Shown here: in pieces, positions 53,642 through 63,215 of the stretch
How positions within the stretch are numbered: position 1 is the first letter of the stretch
How the letters are laid out: each line of letters starts with the position of its first letter
DNA from: Nitrosopumilaceae archaeon
Lineage (GTDB): Archaea; Thermoproteota; Nitrososphaeria; Nitrososphaerales; Nitrosopumilaceae
NCBI GenBank assembly: GCA_965200155.1
Contig: CBDATR010000010.1
Span: 256,001 to 320,000 of the forward strand
DNA: 64,000 nucleotides
Direction: 5' to 3'
Made by a program: the position numbers and the translations under genes
Notes under the pieces: generated by a model
The model's database searches: none
Told to the model about the DNA's origin: nothing
The model's input: the letters and a program-made list of their open reading frames with translations, nothing else

Positions 53642-53944
53642 CTAGTTGCTTGCCATAAGAAATATCAGATACAGCGATGCGCCAATTAAACCGAAACCCA
53701 ATGCCATGGCCGGAATGCGGTTACTATCATGGTGAGCTGATCGCCAGAGCATGACCCCGCCGGACAGCCCCAAAAGAAGTATGAAAAAACCGGCAACCAG
53801 TTTGTCACCCTCATTTCCAAATATTAGTGGCTGGAAGAGACCAGAGAGTAATAGAAAGAATATCGCCAAGTAGACATACCTGACAGAAGAAAGCGCCCTG
53901 TACGCGGCGGTGCTACTCATGCAATACATCTTACACTTGTACAA
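53642..53944 (-). CDS. Small membrane protein (start uncertain)
   Basis: Three TM segments. Confidence 0.65.
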   Translation of the reverse strand: MYKCKMYCMSSTAAYRALSSVRYVYLAIFFLLLSGLFQPLIFGNEGDKLVAGFFILLLGLSGGVMLWRSAHHDSNRIPAMALGFGLIGASLYLIFLMASN

Positions 53945-54044
53945 TAAATTAGTACTTGTCGGGCGATGAATTCCGGACTAGAACCGGCAAAAATTTTTGA
54001 CGTATCAACACAAGCTTCATTTGCTCCCCTAACAAACATAATTC

Positions 54045-54584
54045 ATGGAGTCATTCGTCCAAGAGAATGTGTTCCGCGGCAAGATAATCGGGCTTAGTAT
54101 GTATGAGGGTGAGATAGAGGGACGCCGCGTGCGTCGGGAGATAATCGAGCATCCCGGGGCCGCCGCCATATTGGCCATAGATCATAATAACATGCTGGTG
54201 ATGGTGAATCAGCACCGGTTCCCTCTTGGTCGTACACTGGAGATACCTGCGGGAACCTTGGAGGCAAACGAGCTCCCCCTGCATTGCGCCCTGCGGGAGC
54301 TGGAGGAGGAGACCGGGTACGTTGCAGGAAGCATAAAGCCCCTTCTGTCATACTATCCGTCCGTAGGTTACAACAAGGAGATCATACACTGCTTTGTGGC
54401 CACAGATCTCAGAAAAACCGCGACCAACCCGGATGAGGACGAGATACTGTCTGTAGAGACGCACAGCATGGATGCGGTAATGGGCATGATAGCGTCTGGG
54501 CGCATACGCGACTCCAAGACTATATGCTCCCTTTTTGCATATCTGAATAACACGGGACGGTACAACCTTTCCGAGACTGTATAA
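54045..54584 (+). CDS. NUDIX hydrolase (ADP-ribose pyrophosphatase-like)
   Basis: HPGAA, EIPAG..ALRELEEETG, DSKT motifs. Confidence 0.93.
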   Translation: MESFVQENVFRGKIIGLSMYEGEIEGRRVRREIIEHPGAAAILAIDHNNMLVMVNQHRFPLGRTLEIPAGTLEANELPLHCALRELEEETGYVAGSIKPLLSYYPSVGYNKEIIHCFVATDLRKTATNPDEDEILSVETHSMDAVMGMIASGRIRDSKTICSLFAYLNNTGRYNLSETV

Positions 54585-54608
54585 GGGCGGAACTCTGTAT
54601 AGGAAATA

Positions 54609-55451
54609 CTACGCCTGCAAAGCCTGGGGTGCGGTCCAAGCCTCGTTTATCTCCTGAAATACGCTCAGGTTATGCATAGCCGCGGTTCCTATTTGGACTG
54701 CTGTAGCGCCCACCTGCAGAAATTGAAATACGTCTTTTGCATTGCATATGCCACCACACCCCATAATGGGTATGGTATTGCCATGTCTCACTCTTATGTC
54801 ATGTATGGTTCTCAGGGCTATGGGTTTTATGGGCTTGCCTGAGAGTCCGCCGGTACCGTGACTGAGCAGTGGCCGCCCTGCATCATCCAGTGCTAGGGCA
54901 GGTACAGTGTTTATCGCCGTTATTCCGTCTATGCCAGCCTTTATTGCTACGTCGACGCCGGGCATCATGCTTGGTCCAACCTTGGCAAAGACGGGCGTGG
55001 TGTGGGCAACTTTTTTTGCCGTAGACACTATATCCTGTACTAACTTCGGATTGTCTCCTACCTCCCGACCCAGATGCTCTGCATGGGGACATGACAAGTT
55101 CAGCTCAAATCCCGCAACACCATCAAACAGGGGTATCATTTCGGCAAAATCGTCGGGGGAGGATCCCGCCATGCTCACTATTACGGGAAAACTTGGTCTT
55201 CCCAGGGCGCGGGCAAACTGGTGGGCTCCGCCATTATTCAGGCCTATGGCGTTAACATAACCGCCTCCATCCACCGGTACAAAGTTGGGCTCTGGATTGC
55301 CCTCACGCGGATTCACGGTAAGTGACTTTGTAACCGTTGCACCCGCGCCACTCTTGTATACCTCTTCTAGACTCTGTGGTGTATTTCCCCGCAGACCCGA
55401 TGCCAGGATTGCGGGCCCCTCTAGCGTCAGCGGACCTAAGTGTATGGACAT
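54609..55451 (-). CDS. pyrD: Dihydroorotate dehydrogenase (family 1)
   Basis: TKSLT..REGNPEP, NAIGL, ELNLSCPH, GGLSG, GCGGI motifs. Confidence 0.92.
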   Translation of the reverse strand: MSIHLGPLTLEGPAILASGLRGNTPQSLEEVYKSGAGATVTKSLTVNPREGNPEPNFVPVDGGGYVNAIGLNNGGAHQFARALGRPSFPVIVSMAGSSPDDFAEMIPLFDGVAGFELNLSCPHAEHLGREVGDNPKLVQDIVSTAKKVAHTTPVFAKVGPSMMPGVDVAIKAGIDGITAINTVPALALDDAGRPLLSHGTGGLSGKPIKPIALRTIHDIRVRHGNTIPIMGCGGICNAKDVFQFLQVGATAVQIGTAAMHNLSVFQEINEAWTAPQALQA

Positions 55452-55531
55452 TGCCGTTAATACCACGCTTATTTACCAAATAAATCTCAAATGACTAGCG
55501 TCAGCGGACCTAAGTGTATGGACATTGCCGT
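55421..55531. repeat. 37-bp perfect direct duplication flanking a 37-bp insert, at the pyrD 5' end
   Basis: CTAGCGTCAGCGGACCTAAGTGTATGGACATTGCCGT at 55421-57 and 55495-531. Confidence 0.93.
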
Positions 55532-55538
55532 GACTTGC

Positions 55539-56503
55539 TGTAATGTATGAAAAGTCGGTCCGCTAGTCATTGGCATCCTGCTCCATCCATTTTGCATCAT
55601 TTGCCCTAATTGTCTGGGTCGCCTTTTTATTTCTAAAGACCATGAGCGGTGTTTCGCCGTTATCTATCCAGTGAGAAGTGCAATCTTCTCCCATTGTACT
55701 AGTCTACATAATCCCGGAGACTGTCATAATGCCATATCTCATTGGACTCTTAAATAAGAGTCCCCTCGTCCTCAATCATTCCATGGAAGCGCTCCAGTTT
55801 GCCATTTGTCTGCGGGTGGTATGGTCTGGAATTGATTAGTATGATGTCTTGATTCAGCAGTTCTTCCTAGAATAGTGTGTTTCCAGTTCTTTTTGCCCTT
55901 TTATTGTCCTACGAAACACGCGCCGTTATCCGAGATGCAGGGGCGCCGAATCGTTTCATTGCCAGTCTCAGTAATAGAACGGCGTTCTCTGAGGTTGCAT
56001 GCTCAAATAGTGCCTCTCCTACTATACACCTGGATGCATCATCTATGAGATTCAGTCCCCTGAAGCGCTCATCTTTCATGACATGGCAGTGCCACATTGC
56101 ATTGGAATATTTACGCTCATAGCGTACCCACTCTGACTTTGCAGGTGATGATCCTGCCGTACCGTTCTTTTTCATTATGCGACATACTGCGCGATATATT
56201 GTAATTCTGTCTAAGCCTCTTTGCAATACGTACTACTCCGGCGGGGTCCTTGCTGTATGCTTCAGTTACCATTCGTATCCGGGTGTCGGTGATTGGTATC
56301 ATGGGCCTGCCCATCTTTACTTGAGTCGTCCCCGTTCTCTGGTTCACAATCTTCGTACGTGTCTTGTTTCAGGTCTTGAGCTATTTTGTGGAGGCAACGC
56401 CTCTTTTGTCTTGATTCCTCTGTTATTCTCTTTACCATATGGCTTGTGCAATCTGAACTACTGTACGCCGGATCCTAAGCGGACTTACTTTTCGTACTAT
56501 TGA
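55539..56503 (-). pseudogene. IS481-family relic (copy C)
   Basis: Same ends as copy B; 15-bp TSD ATTGCCGTGACTTGC. Confidence 0.88.
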
Positions 56504-56697
56504 AATTGCCGTGACTTGCAACACCATCACGTATATACCTTGGAGAGTGAGTTGCCATCTGTCGTCATAGGCTACAGCCTTGCGCAGCACTTAGACTGGA
56601 ATGGCATCATCAAGCCATTCTTGGATTATCAGTACTGATGATGATATGCACCCGGCTCCATGAAAAGATATATGCGTCAGATAACCGCTGCCCTCCC

Positions 56698-57759
56698 ATG
56701 GAAGAGCGTAGGCGCACCCTTTTGGAAAAGACGCGATCGGACGGATATGACTCACTGGTGGCATTCACTCCTGAAAACCTGTACTACATGACCGGGTTCT
56801 GGGGGGAAGCGGTTGGAATACTGGACGAAGACGGGGTCACCATAGTATCCTCCGCACTGGAGGCACAGAGGGCCGCGGACGACTCATACCGGTGTAATAT
56901 TGTAACCTCGGAGCGGGGAAAAGGGATGATCCCATCTGTATCCGGGCTATTACAGGACAAGAACCCCTGTACCGACTGCTGTGACTACTCTACAATGCGG
57001 TCACTAAAAATACACTCGCCGCGCATGGAACACAATCCCCGTCCCTTCCTGACTGCCCGTACAATAAAAGACAACGATGAGATATCCACACTAAGGGCGG
57101 CCTCCAGAATAATTGACTCACTGTTCGACATATGTGCGGCGGAGATGGTTGTCGGTCAGTCCGAAATTCAGCTTCAGGCACTCCTCATGAAATACGCCAT
57201 TGATCGCGACATGTTTGATACAGGATACGTATACGGACTCCATCCGTTAATAGTGGCCGGGGGCCCTAACAGCGCGTTCCCCCACGCACAACCAACCGAC
57301 AGGAAATTCCAGAGTGGTGATTTGGTGGTCGTGGACATAACTCTGCGCCATAAAGGATACATCTCTGATGCCACCCGGACTTTCGCCATGGGTGATGTAT
57401 CTCAGGAGGCCCTGGACGTATACGAAATAGTCCGTGAGTCCCAGAGTCGCGGACTGCAGGCTGTTGCTATTGGTGCATCATGCGGTGATGTCGATGCAGC
57501 CTGCCGAAATTATATTGAGGAGCGCGGTTACGGCAAATTCTTTATTCACTCGACGGGGCATGGTGTGGGTCTGGAGGTACACGAGGATCCATTCCTGGGC
57601 AAGGGTTCTGATACGACACTGCAAAACAACATGGCCATAACCGTGGAGCCAGGAATATATCTGCCGGGCAAACTGGGCGTTCGCATTGAGGACTCTTTAA
57701 TCGTGGGACAGAAACCTGACATATTACATCATTTCCCCAAGGATATGATACGCGTATAG
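56698..57759 (+). CDS. Xaa-Pro aminopeptidase (M24 family)
   Basis: NLYYMTGF, YISDATRT, HSTGHGVGLEVHE, TVEPGIY, GVRIED motifs. Confidence 0.94.
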   Translation: MEERRRTLLEKTRSDGYDSLVAFTPENLYYMTGFWGEAVGILDEDGVTIVSSALEAQRAADDSYRCNIVTSERGKGMIPSVSGLLQDKNPCTDCCDYSTMRSLKIHSPRMEHNPRPFLTARTIKDNDEISTLRAASRIIDSLFDICAAEMVVGQSEIQLQALLMKYAIDRDMFDTGYVYGLHPLIVAGGPNSAFPHAQPTDRKFQSGDLVVVDITLRHKGYISDATRTFAMGDVSQEALDVYEIVRESQSRGLQAVAIGASCGDVDAACRNYIEERGYGKFFIHSTGHGVGLEVHEDPFLGKGSDTTLQNNMAITVEPGIYLPGKLGVRIEDSLIVGQKPDILHHFPKDMIRV

Positions 57760-57773
57760 AACACTCCCAAGCA

Positions 57774-58232
57774 CTAATCGTAAAAGTTTACCACATCCAT
57801 TACATCCTTGGTTAAATCGTTGTTGCCCTGTACCATTCCCTCAGCATCCATACTCCAGTCAAAGGACAGTCCGTCACCGCGTGACTCAAAATCCAGCATG
57901 ACACGATACTCGTCTATGCTGGTACTCATTACCTCTACGCGTACTGCTGTGGAGCGATGATCAAATACATTGCCGTCGGGAAATGCTGTTACAATCCTGT
58001 CCGATATTGCCTCCTCCACATTTATGCCGGAACCGTCCATTCCGTCATACCGCAATACCCGTTCCAGTATATCCATATCCCCGGCATTCAGCGTGTCTGG
58101 TATCGTATCGCGCAGATCCTTCTCCAGCAGGCCTGGTACCACGAACACAGCCAGCAGTGTTATACCCGCCAGATAGAACGGGGCCCGTTTTGTTAGAAAG
58201 TCGCGCATACCAGATTTTTTGGGATCCTTCAC
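57774..58232 (-). CDS. Hypothetical membrane-anchored protein
   Basis: KRAPFYL followed by a TM helix. Confidence 0.7.
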   Translation of the reverse strand: MKDPKKSGMRDFLTKRAPFYLAGITLLAVFVVPGLLEKDLRDTIPDTLNAGDMDILERVLRYDGMDGSGINVEEAISDRIVTAFPDGNVFDHRSTAVRVEVMSTSIDEYRVMLDFESRGDGLSFDWSMDAEGMVQGNNDLTKDVMDVVNFYD

Positions 58233-58261
58233 ATCATGTCATCACACCTGGGAGAATTAAA

Positions 58262-58353
58262 GTATGAGTTCACGTCTTCCGGAATCTTGTGCACAAATCA
58301 CATTAACTGTCGCGATCAGTTGTGCGTAAATTTAGACACAGGTGAACTCATAC
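58262..58353 (-). mobile_element. MITE-1
   Basis: TIRs; TSD GAATTAAA. Confidence 0.96.
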
Positions 58354-58381
58354 GAATTAAAATCTGTGGTGTCAACTATTG

Positions 58382-58473
58382 GTATGAGTTCACGTCTTCC
58401 GGAATCTTATGCACAAATCACATTAACTGTAGCGATCAGTTATGCGTAAATTTAGACACAGGTGAACTCATAC
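58382..58473 (-). mobile_element. MITE-1 immediately after the coaBC stop codon
   Basis: TIRs; TSD AACTATTG includes the stop codon. Confidence 0.96.
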
Positions 58474-58475
58474 AA

Positions 58476-59711
58476 CTATTGTTTTATGCTGGCATACTTA
58501 TTCTCTATTGCGTCCTTGATAAATCGGACTATCTCCTCTTTTACTTTGCGCCCCGAGCTGGTATGTTCGTCCCTGTCTACAACAATGACTAGGTTACTGT
58601 CTGAGTCATTCTGGTATCCGTCCCCCACATCGTTTGCCACTATCATATCTGCCTCCGTCTCTAGGAGCTTGTCCCGGGCGGACTTTACGAGATCGTCCTG
58701 GGATACGTTAACCTCTGCCTTGAAGCCCACAAGCATGGATTGAGGGGCAGCCTTTCTTAGGCGATTTATTATCCTAGGCGCCCTGTTCATAGCTATATTC
58801 AATCCATCCTGCTCACTGTCTATCTTGTCTCGATTGTACTCTGCCGGAATATAGTCCGCGGCCGCGGCCGCCATTACTATAATATCGTGGTTATTCTGGG
58901 CCTCCCTGAGTGTGGCCGCCATCATCTCTGCCACGCTGATAACGTTTATGACCTTGGCGCCCTCAGGAGCCCTCTCCCTTCCGGGACCGTACACCATGGT
59001 GACATCACACCCGTCCAAGATTAGCTCACTGGCCAGCAAGACTCCCGTACGTCCGGAACTGGTGTTGGTAATGGCCCTCACCGGATCTATCAACTCCATG
59101 GTTGGTCCGGCCACCACCAGAACCCGCTTGCTCCTAAGTCTGGACGGTTTGGTTATAATATCCATTATGGCGTCCGATACCTCCTGCGGTTCTGCCACCT
59201 TGGCCTTGCCTTCTGTTATGCTGGGTGGCATAAACCGAGCCCATTGAGACAATGACTTTATGTTTCGCTGTATCACACTGTTCTCGTACATGGCCTCGTG
59301 CATGGCCGGGCAGATAATGATGGGTGTCTTGGAGCCCAGCGCCACGGTTAGCACTGACGTGGGTGCCGTATCGTCTATGCCACATGCCATCTTGCTTATG
59401 GTGTTGGCCGTGGCCGGATACGCCACTACCATATCAGCCCTGCCAAAGTCTGCCAGCTCCACATGTTTCATATCCCCATCCAGTACCGATACGGCACGAT
59501 TGCCCGTAGCCCATGTCATGTAATCGGTAGTGATGAGCCTGGTGGCGGATTCGCTCATGACGCATTGGACTGATGCTCCATGCCGCATAAGCATCCTGGC
59601 CAAGTCTATGGCCTTATACGCGGCCACACTCCCGGAGATGCAGAGTACTATACTCTTTCCTGATAGCTGTGCGCTGTCGGTTCCGGTAATGTCAAGCGAT
59701 GGATGTGTCAT
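58476..59711 (-). CDS. coaBC: Phosphopantothenoylcysteine decarboxylase/ligase
   Basis: SGSVAAYK, PATANT, PAMH, DPVRAITNTSSG, GFKAE, VANDV motifs. Confidence 0.96.
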   Translation of the reverse strand: MTHPSLDITGTDSAQLSGKSIVLCISGSVAAYKAIDLARMLMRHGASVQCVMSESATRLITTDYMTWATGNRAVSVLDGDMKHVELADFGRADMVVAYPATANTISKMACGIDDTAPTSVLTVALGSKTPIIICPAMHEAMYENSVIQRNIKSLSQWARFMPPSITEGKAKVAEPQEVSDAIMDIITKPSRLRSKRVLVVAGPTMELIDPVRAITNTSSGRTGVLLASELILDGCDVTMVYGPGRERAPEGAKVINVISVAEMMAATLREAQNNHDIIVMAAAAADYIPAEYNRDKIDSEQDGLNIAMNRAPRIINRLRKAAPQSMLVGFKAEVNVSQDDLVKSARDKLLETEADMIVANDVGDGYQNDSDSNLVIVVDRDEHTSSGRKVKEEIVRFIKDAIENKYASIKQ

Positions 59712-60493
59712 CTCTCCCTCACCGAGAACGTATGTTCATTGGCCGGAAATATGCCATTTTCAACTTCATACCTGTACGTAGATATGGCCCGTCTTATATC
59801 CTCCGATAGCGTGGCATACTTTTTCACAAACTTGAACTTGTTCGGGTACATGCCTAGCATGTCCTGGATAACCAGCACCTGCCCGTCACAGTCAGGACCG
59901 GATCCTATGCCTATGGTGGGAATCTCCAGGCTCCGGGTAACGAACTTGGCTGTCTGATGTGCCACTTTCTCCAATACAATACAGAATGCGCCCACATTTT
60001 GGAGTTCTGTGGCTTCCTCTAAAAGCCTCTCGGCTCCCTGGCTATCTTCCCCTCTTACGCCAAAGTCTGAGTGTATGGCCGCGTACTGAGGCTGCAACCC
60101 CAAATGTCCCATTACCGGTATCTGCGCCTCGGTCAGGGCCTGTACCATCATGGGATTACCTTCCACCTTTACCGCGTCGGCGCCTTCCCTGACCAGCCTT
60201 CCCGCATTCTTTATGGCGATATCATCTGAGTAACATGACAGAAAAGGCATGTCTGCCACTATTAGTGCCTCCTTGCGGGCCCTGTTTACGGCGCCGGTAA
60301 ACATACACATATGATCCATGGTTACATGCAATGTAGTCTGATGGCCAAGCATGACCATGCCTGCACTATCTCCCACCAACAGTATGTCCACACCATCATC
60401 GCACAACGCGGTCATGGTATAGTCATATGCGGTCACCGCCACTATCTTCTTTTTCCCCTTCATGGCTGCTATTTGGGATACCCTCTTACGCAT
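59708..60493 (-). CDS. panB: Ketopantoate hydroxymethyltransferase
   Basis: TAYDY, LVGDS, ADMPF, GHLGL, IGIGSG..CDGQVLV motifs. Confidence 0.97.
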   Translation of the reverse strand: MRKRVSQIAAMKGKKKIVAVTAYDYTMTALCDDGVDILLVGDSAGMVMLGHQTTLHVTMDHMCMFTGAVNRARKEALIVADMPFLSCYSDDIAIKNAGRLVREGADAVKVEGNPMMVQALTEAQIPVMGHLGLQPQYAAIHSDFGVRGEDSQGAERLLEEATELQNVGAFCIVLEKVAHQTAKFVTRSLEIPTIGIGSGPDCDGQVLVIQDMLGMYPNKFKFVKKYATLSEDIRRAISTYRYEVENGIFPANEHTFSVRER

Positions 60494-61241
60494 ATTCTAC
60501 CTCTTCTAGGCGTTTTTTTATATGTTGTATACAGTCCCTCAGGTTGGCCGCATTGTCAAACTGCTTCACTATGCTCTTTAACGTAACTTGGTCGTACTCT
60601 TTCATTCTGCTACAGTAGTAGGCAAGCAGCGGAATTGCACGTATAAGATTGTCCACTATGGTTATGTGCGCCGTTCGTGCCGTTCGTGACAGCGGGTTTA
60701 GGTCTATGGTAATTACGCGCTTTTCCAGATTGCGCAGTGCCATGGTGCGGTCACCGTCTTCTAGGGGCACAAGCACAACATCTGCTGCAGCTATGCCATC
60801 CGGGCTAACCAGCCTGCGTGCAGACTCAAGTCCCGTTATGGCGACACGGTCTTCATCGGCGCCCAGAACCGATTTGGCACCGTGTCGAAGCAGAATACCC
60901 GCGATTACCCTGCGGCGCTCCGGACTGTCATAGAACAGGTTGACCTCCAAAAGGGCGGAGGTGGACGCGGCAAGCTTCACTATGCCCTCGGGACACAGCG
61001 CCGCCACGTTCCCGTTAACCGATATTACCGGGCTCTTGGCCAGTAATAGTGCCGCTGCGGCAGCATGGGCAGCTTTCTGGGCATGGGGCGCACTTGTCTC
61101 ACCAATGATATAGTCAAAGGCCTCTCCCCTTCCGTGGGCAATAATACCCTCTGTTGTAACTGCGCCCGCGTTGAAACCGCCTACCAATAACTCCCGTGTT
61201 CGCAGTGACTGATATCGTGGATGGGATTGGGGTGTGCGCAT
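60486..61241 (-). CDS. Archaeal phosphopantothenate synthetase
   Basis: SHPRYQSL, AHGRGEAFDY, SVNGN, PLEDGDR, IDLNPLSRT motifs. Confidence 0.94.
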   Translation of the reverse strand: MRTPQSHPRYQSLRTRELLVGGFNAGAVTTEGIIAHGRGEAFDYIIGETSAPHAQKAAHAAAAALLLAKSPVISVNGNVAALCPEGIVKLAASTSALLEVNLFYDSPERRRVIAGILLRHGAKSVLGADEDRVAITGLESARRLVSPDGIAAADVVLVPLEDGDRTMALRNLEKRVITIDLNPLSRTARTAHITIVDNLIRAIPLLAYYCSRMKEYDQVTLKSIVKQFDNAANLRDCIQHIKKRLEEVEYA

Positions 61242-61279
61242 GTATTACTCACCTGCGCGCGGGAACCCATACAATGCCA

Positions 61280-62134
61280 TCACAACACACGAGCTCCAAC
61301 GCTGTCTATTCTTGTCCTAATGGTATTTTTGTACCTGCCCAGTATTGTTGATATCCTCTCCACATCCTGATGTGGTACTATCGTGAATAGGGTCTGCCCA
61401 AACAGTGCCATCCCGCAAGCGACCCCTGCCCCGTCTAGCTCCTGAACAATACCCTCCACCATGGGGGTTACTATATCACATCTGCGGGCAAACTCCAGGG
61501 ACATATTCTGGAAACTTCTCATATCATGGTATTTGAGCATATCTGTAACCATCCTTTCTCCTAGGTCTCCTACCGTGTCCATACGGTCCAGATGATCCTT
61601 TGTAGACAGAGGGGAGATGCACACCACAAATACCCAAACATCTTTGGGATATAGATTCGTTATACTGCCGTATCCCGGAGCTCCTGCCTTGGTCCTGATC
61701 TCAAAGCCGCCATGGTATGCTGCCAATACGTCCCCCAGTCCGCTTTTGTAAAACATGTCCGCACGGTGGGCCATCTGTCCCAGCCGCTCCTTCCTTAACC
61801 CTGTACCGAATGCCCTGTCCAGTGCATATGCTGTCGACAGGGCTAGGGCCCCGCTGGTACCAAGGCCATAACCGGAAGGCACTCCCATGGCATGGCTTAT
61901 CTCCACACCCCGGGAATTGTTTCCGGTCTCACTTAGAAACAGCTCTGCCACATGCCTGGGAATCGGTTGTCCCCGCAGGACATGGCGTTCCAGTACGCGT
62001 ACCTTGGTGGTTACGCCCGCGGCAATGGAGAATCCTGCCCCAATAGAACCGGTGACCATCCAGGAGTCTCCCTTCATGGCCTGGAAGAAGCCAGTTATAT
62101 GAGCTGGACAGAATGCGACACCATCCATGCACAT
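61280..62134 (-). CDS. Pantoate kinase (GHMP family)
   Basis: FCPAHITGFF, GYGLGTSGA, SGLGDV motifs; in the CoA operon. Confidence 0.93.
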   Translation of the reverse strand: MCMDGVAFCPAHITGFFQAMKGDSWMVTGSIGAGFSIAAGVTTKVRVLERHVLRGQPIPRHVAELFLSETGNNSRGVEISHAMGVPSGYGLGTSGALALSTAYALDRAFGTGLRKERLGQMAHRADMFYKSGLGDVLAAYHGGFEIRTKAGAPGYGSITNLYPKDVWVFVVCISPLSTKDHLDRMDTVGDLGERMVTDMLKYHDMRSFQNMSLEFARRCDIVTPMVEGIVQELDGAGVACGMALFGQTLFTIVPHQDVERISTILGRYKNTIRTRIDSVGARVL

Positions 62135-62185
62135 GATGCAATTCCCAACAAAATAAACGCGCCGATTGCCATTACAGCTGTCAGA

Positions 62186-63205
62186 TCAGCACCCGATTCT
62201 GAACTTCTCGTAACTGCCCTTGGCGGCGGGCACTGCCTGAATGTCCCGGCAATTACCGTCCTGCGTCACGGTCACGTATCCGGAACTATCTGGCGCATCA
62301 GAGTATGTCAGTGTTACACCCGCGGCAAATTCTACATATTCTCCGGCCCTTCTGCCCCGGAGTATGGTGGTGGGACCCACATGATCCCGTGCCTCCAGCA
62401 GTATGTCACCTGGCAGTGTCAGCATTTGTATGGTCCCGTTCTCTGCCTGGTTTCTGCCCACTACCATCTTTGTCTCATTATCCAGTCGATGCTGGCGGCC
62501 AACCTTCAGCAAGTCTATGTCATTGATTGTGGGGTTCTCTGTGTGATCAAATAGATCCTTGACCCGGAGACCAAAGATAGGATCCGTTAGCAGGCAGCCT
62601 CCTCCCGCATTGGGCGGATCCTTTATTCCCATCTCTTGGGCCATGGCTAACTGCGGTTTCCTACTTCGGCCCCTTATTATTCCTAGATCCTCCCGCTTGA
62701 TTAACCCGCTCTTTTCGGGTTCAGTAGCCGGAAGAAGGCCTCCTGAGAGCGGCCGGAGTATCTTCCCCTCCAATTGGGATTCTGCCTCTATGGTCTTTAG
62801 GGCCTTCCGGTGCTGGCTCATGGGTCGCTGGCCCAGCACTTCCCCGGATATTATAAACTCGGCCCCTATCTTTTCCATTTGATCCTTGGCCGCATCAAAC
62901 ATCATCGCCCTGCAGTCGACACACGGATTGAAGCCGGCGCCCCTGCCATATTTTGGAGACTTTAGCATCTTGATATACTCGTCTCCCAGGTATACTGTCT
63001 TCAAGTCAACATTCAGATCATCTGCGCGCTCCCTAATCTCAAAACCACAGCCCCGTCCACAATCAAAGTCACAAAAGGGGGTCTTTATTGCAACCGCAGA
63101 TACCTCAAATCCCTGCTTCTGCATCATGCGCACGGCCAGCTGGCTGTCCAGGCCACCGGATAGCAATGCTACCACCTTCTTCTTTTCCATGTGATACGCT
63201 GGCAT
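62186..63205 (-). CDS. ThiI/MnmA-like PP-loop tRNA thiolation protein with a DUF814-like C-terminus
   Basis: LLSGGLDS, NPCVDCR, GEVLGQRPMSQ, AGGGCLLTD, VGRN motifs. Confidence 0.85.
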   Translation of the reverse strand: MPAYHMEKKKVVALLSGGLDSQLAVRMMQKQGFEVSAVAIKTPFCDFDCGRGCGFEIRERADDLNVDLKTVYLGDEYIKMLKSPKYGRGAGFNPCVDCRAMMFDAAKDQMEKIGAEFIISGEVLGQRPMSQHRKALKTIEAESQLEGKILRPLSGGLLPATEPEKSGLIKREDLGIIRGRSRKPQLAMAQEMGIKDPPNAGGGCLLTDPIFGLRVKDLFDHTENPTINDIDLLKVGRQHRLDNETKMVVGRNQAENGTIQMLTLPGDILLEARDHVGPTTILRGRRAGEYVEFAAGVTLTYSDAPDSSGYVTVTQDGNCRDIQAVPAAKGSYEKFRIGC

Positions 63206-63215
63206 ACTGTGTATA

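Noticed and set aside
58236-58592. ORFs containing YEFTSSGILCTNHINCRDQLCVNLDTGELI (also at 6024, 18687, 22505, 27611, 42429)
   Set aside because: These are read-through of MITE-1, which lacks stops in one frame; there is no evidence they are proteins.
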